A DNA stretch of 64,000 bases, taken from positions 14,384,001-14,448,000 of the forward strand of contig OZ024765.1 of the NCBI GenBank assembly GCA_964016885.1, read 5' to 3'. This DNA comes from Eledone cirrhosa (Eukaryota). Position numbers and translations under genes: made by a program. Every line of letters starts with the position of its first letter. Position 1 is the first letter of the stretch. Positions 56,561 through 64,000 of this stretch are shown here, piece by piece. The notes under the pieces are model-generated. The model worked only from the letters and a program-made list of their open reading frames with translations. It searched no databases and had not been told where the DNA came from.

Positions 56561-57191
56561 CTGAAAAAGAGAGTGAGAGAGAGAAATATAGATGGATAGA
56601 GAGAGAGAGAGACATAAAGAGAGAGAGATATAGTGAGAGTGTGTGAGCAAGAAAGAGAAATATAGATGGATATAGAGAGAGAGAGGTGAGAAAGGGACAT
56701 AGAGAGAGACATATATATAGAGAGAGACATAGAGAGAGAGAGTATGTGAGGAAGAAAGAGTGTGAAAGAGAGAAAGAGAAATATAGATAGATAGAGAGAG
56801 AGAGAAAAGTGAGAGAGAGAGAGACATAGAGAAAGAGAGAGATAGTGAGAATGTGTGAGGAAAAAAGAGCGTAAAAGAATGTGAAAGAGAGAAAAAGAAA
56901 TATAGATGGATAGATAGAGAGAGAGAGAGAGAGAGTGTGTGTGAGGAAGAAAGAGAGAGAAAGAGAAATATATGTACATATACTGGAATTCTATAAGAAT
57001 CCATCTTCTATAGTTCTCAGCAGAAGCGAAGGGGTGAGTAGTCTTGATAAACGTGAATGAGCAAGAAACAGGACTGTCGATCACTCCCCTTTGTTTTTGC
57101 CAAGAATAAGTAAGGGACATAGTCACTACTTTAAAACTCATAGCGAATGGTCTTCAAAATGTTTTCAATTAAACTTGCAGTATATTATCAA

Positions 57192-57242
<51 letters not shown>

Positions 57243-57266
57243 TATATATATGTATATACATATGTG

Positions 57267-57337
<71 letters not shown>

Positions 57338-57681
57338 TTTTATTAAAATAACAGATTAAAGTTTAAGCAAAGAATCGTTGCTTTCACCCTTAACGGGTTA
57401 GTTTCAGAAGATCCCGTTAAGGGTGAAAGTAGCGATTCTTTGCTTAAACTTTAATTATTATTACTATATATATATATATATAGGAACGAGTAGGACTCCG
57501 ACAGGTGAGCTCAAGCCATTTCAACGGCTAAATCGTTAGTTTTAGTCCAGAATTAGCCGTCGAAACGGCTTGAGCTCAGCCGTCGGGGTCCTACTCGTTC
57601 CTATTACCCACTCTACTACCCTAAGTATTGAGTACTTTGGTGCGTTATGGTCCATCTGGTTCCTTACCACATTTCCTTCGT

Positions 57682-57741
<60 letters not shown>

Positions 57742-57744
<3 letters not shown>

Positions 57745-58225
57745 GGTGTGGACGATATTTGTTCGCAATTTTCAACTGCTAATTTTATGCAAATTTTTTT
57801 TACTTCTTGTCTTCATGAAAACAGTGACTATATTTCCATTATTTATTTTCAGAATAATTGATTATGAATAATTTTGAACCTCCAAATTTGTGGAAGAGGC
57901 ACGGAGTTCTTCTTGGAATCCACGCCGGGAGGACAAATAAGGACCAGAAGATCAACTCCCTGAACAACAGGTGGCTCGCTGTCTCATCCAAAGACATGCC
58001 CAGAGTCATGCAGACAAAGTTTCCAACGACAACATTGGTCTTAGGTGTCATCAGCAGTCAAGGTGACGTCATGCCACCTCACTTATTCCCTGAGGGCCTC
58101 AAGCTGAACACCGATGGCTACATCCGCGTTCTGAGCGAGGTAGTAAAGCCCTGGATCGACCAGGTAGCTGCAGGTAGACCGTACGTGTGGCAGCAAGACT
58201 CAGCGCCCTGCCATACCAACCGAAA
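57742..58225 (+). mobile_element. maT/DD37D-like Tc1-mariner relic with left TIR
   Basis: TA-cagggtgtggacgata end. Peptide DQKINSLNNRWLA...TKFP..LVLGVISSQGDVMPPHLFPEG...VVKPWI...PYVWQQDSAPCH; internally deleted and truncated. Confidence 0.82.
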
Positions 58226-58327
58226 GACAGACTTAGAGACAGACAAACAGACAGACACAGAGACACACAGACAGTGAAACATGACACCTGCCTTGTCCGA
58301 TCACGATTATCTCCCCTTAATACTTAC

Positions 58328-58554
58328 AGCAGGCATCGTTGCGTTGACAACAACTTCCGTACAATTTGAGTTTAACCCTAGGACAATTGGTGGCTCCTTG
58401 TCTGCAACGTGATCACCCACTATAACCAAATGAACCAAATAACGAACTACTGGTGAATGTGATGTCGGTCTCTTCCAGGACACCTCCACACTCAGGCCAT
58501 TGTTGGTGTGTAGCATGTATGTCGCCTTCGCCGGACGCTTTGGTGGTAAAGGAT
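58328..58554 (-). CDS. ANOS1: Anosmin-1/KAL-1-like gene, coding exon (first half of last FN3 repeat)
   Basis: Acceptor ttttgttctttctatccgtcag| and donor |gtaagt. 227 nt, phase 1 to 0. Encodes DPLPPKRPAKATYMLHTNNGLSVEVSWKRPTSHSPVVRYLVHLVIVGDHVADKEPPIVLGLNSNCTEVVVNATMPA (FN3 'P..P...V.VSW..P...V..Y.V'). Confidence 0.88.
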
Positions 58555-59232
58555 CTGACGGATAGAAAGAACAAAATGAAAAATAAGTGAATAAAATAAA
58601 AATAGTAAACTAAGATAATAAAACAAACAAGACTGACATAGAGAGTGAGTGATCATTGTCTTCATCTTTTTCTTCTTCTTGTCCTTCTTTTCCTTCCCTT
58701 GTTTTCCTTCTCATTCTTCTTTTGTCTTCTTTTTCTTCTTCTTCTTCTTCCTTGCCTTCTTTTCCTTCCCTTGTTTTCCTTCTCATTCTTCTTCTTTTGT
58801 CTTCTTTTTCTTTTTCTTCTTCTTGCCTTCTTTTCCTTCTCATTCTTCTTCTTGCCTTCTTTTCCTTCTCATTCTTCTTCTTGTCCTTCTTTTCCTTCTA
58901 ATTCTTCTTCTTGTCCTTCTTTTCCTTCTCATTCTTCTTCTTCTTCCTTGCCTTCTTTTCCTTCTCATTCTTCTTCTTTGCCCACTTATTCCTGAGAGGG
59001 TAGTGGAGGCAGAGTCCTTAAACACTCCTTCCAGTGGGTCCTGTCAGAAGCAACCGTCCCCAACTGATCTGGCTGGATCCCCAAGCGAGACCAGCCAAGC
59101 TCATGGATGTTATCCAACCATCTTGCTCAGGGTCTACTCCTGAGTCTCCTACCGGTTGGTTTTGCCTGTAAAATCTGTCCAGTGATTCTTTCCCGAGACA
59201 TTCTAACCACATGTCCATAGTATCAGAGCTGT

Positions 59233-60040
59233 GTGACACCTACATGACCACTTTACAGTGTGGACTGGGTGCTCTTTTGTTGTGACACCTACACTACCAC
59301 TTTACAGTGTGGACTGGGTGCTTTTTGTTGTGACACCTACACTACCACTTTACAGTGTGGACTGGGTGCTTTTTGTTGTGACACCTACATGACCACTTTA
59401 CAGTGTGGACTGGGTGCTTTTTGTTGTGACACCTACATGACCACTTTACAGTGTGGACTGGGTGCTTTTTGTTGTGACACCTACATGACCACTTTACAGT
59501 GTGGACTGGGTGCTTTTTGTTGTGACACCTACATGACCACTTTACAGTGTGGACTGGGTGCTTTTTGTTGTGACACCTACATGACCACTTTACAGTGTGG
59601 ACTGGGTGCTCTTTTGTTGTGACACCTACATGACCACTTTACAGTGTGGACTGGGTGCTTTTTGTTGTGACACCTACATGACCACTTTACAGTGTGGACT
59701 GGGTGCTCTTTTGTCGTGACACCTACATGACCACTTTACAGTGTGGACTGGGTGCTTTTTGTTGTGACACCTACATGACCACTTTACAGTGTGGACTGGG
59801 TGCTCTTTTGTCGTGACACCTACATGACCACTTTACAGTGTGGACTGGGGGCTTTTTTTGTCGTGACACCTACATGACCACTTTACAGTGTGGACTGGGG
59901 GCTTTATGTCATGACACCTACATGACCACTTTACAGTGTAGACTGGGTGCTTTTTTTGTCGTGACACCTACATGACCACTTTACAGTGTGGACTGGGGGC
60001 TTTATGTCATGACACCTCCACGACCGACCACTTTGCAGTG
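59233..60040. repeat. 48-bp minisatellite (~16 units) derived from the SINE family 3 interior
   Basis: Unit gtgacacctacatgaccactttacagtgtggactgggtgctttttgtt resembles 62508-62570. Confidence 0.85.
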
Positions 60041-60147
60041 GGAGGGGGGGGAGGGGGAATATTGTCTATATGCTTCAGCTTGTACCAGTGGGAAGTCGGG
60101 TCTGCTGTGTTAATACATTGTCTATATTAAAAATATAATATACATAC

Positions 60148-60319
60148 CTCCAACTGGACAATCTAAATCTATGGATCCTTTTACAAGTATTTTCTCACAA
60201 GGTGGCGTTGTAAAATTAATCCCCACCAAGGCGCCTTGCTGATCATTGACATTAATTGTGGCTACATCTATCTGGTACTGACAATCGTAGATCAAATGGT
60301 AAAGTTCAAAATATGTATT
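60148..60319 (-). CDS. ANOS1: Anosmin-1/KAL-1-like gene, coding exon (second half of FN3 repeat)
   Basis: Acceptor tctgttgcag| and donor |gtatgt. 172 nt, phase 0 to 1. Encodes NTYFELYHLIYDCQYQIDVATINVNDQQGALVGINFTTPPCEKILVKGSIDLDCPVG. The 'L...C.Y.V.V...FTTPPC...C' pattern resembles the end of anosmin FN3 repeat 3. Confidence 0.88.
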
Positions 60320-60344
60320 CTGCAACAGATAACAATTAACAGTA

Positions 60345-61090
60345 TGTGTAGTGTGTGTATTGATATTATATAGGCATCATTATCAGGGCAACTGTGATAA
60401 TGATGATGGTGGTGATGATGATGATGGTGGTGGTGGTGATGATGGTGGTGGTGCTGATGATGGTGGTGGTGATGGTGGTGATAATGATGATGGTAATGGT
60501 GATGGTAATGGTGATGATGATGGTAATGATGATGGTGATGATGATGGTGATGATGATGGTGGTAATTATGATGATGGTGATGGTGATGATGATGGTGATG
60601 ATGATGGTAATGATGATGGTGATGATGATGATGATGATAATAATGATGATGATAATGATGATAATGTGTAGTGTGTGTATTGATATTATATAGGCATTAT
60701 CATCATGGCAACTGTGATAATGATGATGGTGGTGATGATGATGATGGTGGTGGTGGTGGTGATGATGATGGTGGTGATGATGATAATGATGATGATGATG
60801 ATGGTGATGGTGATGATGGTAATGATGATGGTAATGATGGTGATGGTGATGATGATGATGGTAGTGGTGATAATGATGATGGTAATGATGATGGTGATGA
60901 TGATGATGATGATGATGGTGATGAAGATGATGATGGTAATGATGGTGGCGGTGGTGATGATGATGATAATGATGATGATGATAATCATGATGATGATGGT
61001 GAAAATGATGGTGATGATGATGGTTGATAGTGGTAATGATGATGATGATGATGATGATGATAGTGTTGCTGGTGATGATGATGATGATGG
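60345..61090. repeat. Two-unit (320-bp offset) duplication of (GAT/GGT)n plus unique leader, intronic
   Basis: Leader tgtagtgtgtgtattgatattatataggcat at ~60347 and ~60667. Confidence 0.85.
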
Positions 61091-61107
61091 CACAGACATC
61101 TACTCAC

Positions 61108-61232
61108 CCGCGTTTGTGCGTCTTGTTTTTCTTCACTGGAAAATAGTTTCCAACTTTTGCTGTGTTTCTGGCAGTTGTCTGTACTTTGCCAATAAACTAC
61201 ATATTTACTAATTTTATGAGAATCTTCAGAAG
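61108..61232 (-). CDS. ANOS1: Anosmin-1/KAL-1-like gene, internal coding exon (first exon seen; FN3 repeat, strand C region)
   Basis: Acceptor tttgtatttctctag| and donor |gtgagt. 125 nt, phase 1 to 0. Encodes xSEDSHKISKYVVYWQSTDNCQKHSKSWKLFSSEEKQDAQTR (FN3-type 'I..Y.V.W'). Splices in frame to the next exon. Confidence 0.85.
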
Positions 61233-61274
61233 CTAGAGAAATACAAATAGACATATGTAGATATAGAGTTATTG

Positions 61275-61311
<37 letters not shown>

Positions 61312-62040
61312 ATAAAAATACCTGAGTGCATTAGAGTTAAACACACTCGTCGTATTAGAGAAATGACAGTATAAGATATAGCTCAATGTTATCCAACAGA
61401 GCCGAAAAATTATATAAAAATTATATAAATTATATTAAAAAAATTATATAAAAATTATATAAAAATATAAAAATTATATAAAAATATAAAAATTATATAA
61501 AAATATATATATATATATATATTTATTTATTAAAATAACAGATTAAAGTTTAAGCAAAGAATCGCTGCTTTCACCCTTAAGGGATCTTCTGAAACTAAAA
61601 AAAAAATCAATCTGTGAACGCAGAAGTAAATATTTCAAAAAACGTTGCAACCCGAAGGAAGACAGGAAGACGATACTTTGGTTCGTGGAAACGTTCCCTG
61701 GCAAAGAATGGAAAAAAAAACGAAGATAATACGTCGTTATTTGGTGCAGTGAAAACAATCACACGTGAAGACAAAACCACGTCTATGGGATAAATGAAGT
61801 CGTAGAATATTAATTCTATTAGGTGGTTCATGGAGACGTTCTCTGGCAATGAACGGAAAAAACGAAGATAATATGTCATTATGTGGAGCAATAAGAACAA
61901 TTTCACGCAAATACAAAACCACGTAAATGGTAAATATATATATGCAATAGATGTCAACATGAATGGACCTGTTATTTTTATCTAAAGACATTTTTTCCAA
62001 TTCCAACCCGCCCGTCCCCTCAATCTATCTAATTTCTCAT

Positions 62041-62080
62041 TCTTCCATCTGATGAAGGACTAGCATCCGAAACGTTAAGA
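62041..62080 (+). ncRNA. Minimal Penelope-type hammerhead motif
   Basis: CTGATGA-aGGA ctagca TCC-GAAACGTT with palindromic AACGTT stem III; stem I weak. Confidence 0.6.
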
Positions 62081-62752
62081 CCCTCTTCCCGCTATATCAA
62101 GCGTTAACCTAATATATCCCTTCCATACACTGTACTGATTGTGTTATTATTTCTGTTTACCTTTTATATATATATAAATTTTTTAATCTTGATGGTATAG
62201 TCACTTATATACAGTCATAATTTTCAACAAACAAAGGGAGTGCTAAGCTCTGAGGAATACCAACAGCTTATCTCCCTTTGTTTGTTGAAAAAAGAAGTAA
62301 GCGACATAGTCACTACTTTAAAACAATAGCGTAAGGTCTTCAAAATGCTTTTAATTAAGCATACAGTGTATTGCAAAATACACTATATATCATCATCATT
62401 TCATCATTTCTTTTTAACGTCCGCTTTTTCCCTGCTTGCAAGGGTGGGACGGGAACTGATTCTGGCTTGATTTCTACAGCTGGATGCCCTTCCTAACACC
62501 AACCTCATTTACAGTGAGTGCTGGATGCTTTTTTTTTGCCGTGGCACCTCCACGACCACTTTGCAGTGGAATGATAGGGACCCCAGTCCCTATCATCTCA
62601 TTTCTACAGCCGAGTAAACTGGAGCAATGTGAAATAAAGTGTCTTGCTCAAGGAAACAACACATCACCCGGTCTGAGAATTGAACTCACAACCTTTCGAT
62701 TGCAAGGCCAATGCTCTAACCACTAAGCTATGTGCCTCCATCTATATATACA

Positions 62753-62787
<35 letters not shown>

Positions 62788-64000
62788 TCTACTTTTGGCA
62801 CAAGGCCAGCGATTACCCCCAGTGCACCACTGGTACTTTATTTTATCGACCTCGTAAGGATGAAAGGCAAAGTTAACCTCAGCGGATTTGAACTCAGAAC
62901 GCAAAGGGCCATAACTATGTTGCAAAGCATGGTGTCTGACGCTCTACCGATACTGCCAAACCATTCTGTCAATATAAATACATCACAAGTCTAAACACCT
63001 AAAGATACATGTATGTGTGTATGTGTTCTTTCTTGAACATGGCGGCAGACCTTGTTGTCTCTTGAGGTCACTGCTTGTGACTTGGTGATAACTCGTATGA
63101 ACATAAAGCAAGATAATAATAATAATTGTTTCTACTTTTGGCACAAGGCCAGCAATTACCCAGTGCATTACTGGTACTTTATTTTATCGACCCTGTAAGG
63201 ACGAAAGGCAAAGTTAACCTCGGCGGGATTTGAACTCAGACCGTAAAGGGCCGTAAATCTGTGCTGCAAAGTATGGCGCCCGACTCTCTAAATAATAATA
63301 ATAATAATAATAATGATTTCTTTATTGGCCACAAGGGCTGACATCAAGAAAAACATTACAGACGACACAGGATGATACGATGTGGGTTTTGTGCGTGTAA
63401 AGATTTTTTATTATTTATATAAGAAAAGAAAAAAAAGACATAGGAAACATATATATATATAATAATAATAATTATTTCTACTTTTTGGCACAAGGCCAGC
63501 AATTATCCCAGTGCATTACTGGTACTTTATTTTATCGACCCTGTAATATATATAATTGTTTCTACTTTTGGCACAAGGCCAGCAATTACCCAGTGCATTA
63601 CTGGTACTTTATTTTATCGACCCTGTAAGGATGAAAGGCAAAGTTAACCTCGGCGGGATTTGAACTCAGATCGTAAAGAGCTGTAACTCTGTGCTGCAAA
63701 GTATGGCGTCCGACTCTCTAAATAATAATAATAATAATAATGCTTTCTTTATTAACCACAAGGGTTTACACAAAGTAGACATTAAGGACAGTACAGGACA
63801 ATACAGGACGGTACAAATGGGCATTTTTGATGTGTAAAAAAACAAAAAAATAGAGGATGTAATAATAGAACAATGAAAAAATTCCCCAATAGGGGGGGAG
63901 ACTTCCGAGGGACATTTGTGGAGAAAGCCCATTAAAAAGCCACAGTGACCCTGACCACCAGGGCAAGTGCCCTCTCCCAGTTTTCCACCTTTAATTTACA

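Overview
AT-rich, microsatellite-dense animal genomic DNA. The repeat families look molluscan and fit an octopus or other coleoid cephalopod best (inference). Almost all long ORFs in the supplied track are artefacts of simple repeats. One host gene is well supported: the last five coding exons of an anosmin-1/KAL-1-like fibronectin type III protein on the minus strand (61232-61108, 60319-60148, 58554-58328, 56560-56428, 54869-54706). All four introns are GT-AG and phase-compatible, and the protein ends in a GPI-signal-like hydrophobic tail. The rest is mobile DNA: three tRNA-derived SINE families, RTE, CR1-like and Tx1/L1-like LINE 3' ends, bipartite non-autonomous RTE derivatives, Tc1/mariner relics and MITEs, and many minisatellites born from TE segments. 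The most striking hidden layer is about 20 intact or degenerate type I hammerhead ribozyme motifs (CUGANGA...GAAA...UH). They lie in Penelope-like inverted repeats inserted in (TA)n tracts, and include a four-copy ~420-bp tandem array with one hammerhead per unit (retrozyme-like) and a 1.1-kb palindrome carrying two hammerheads on each strand.
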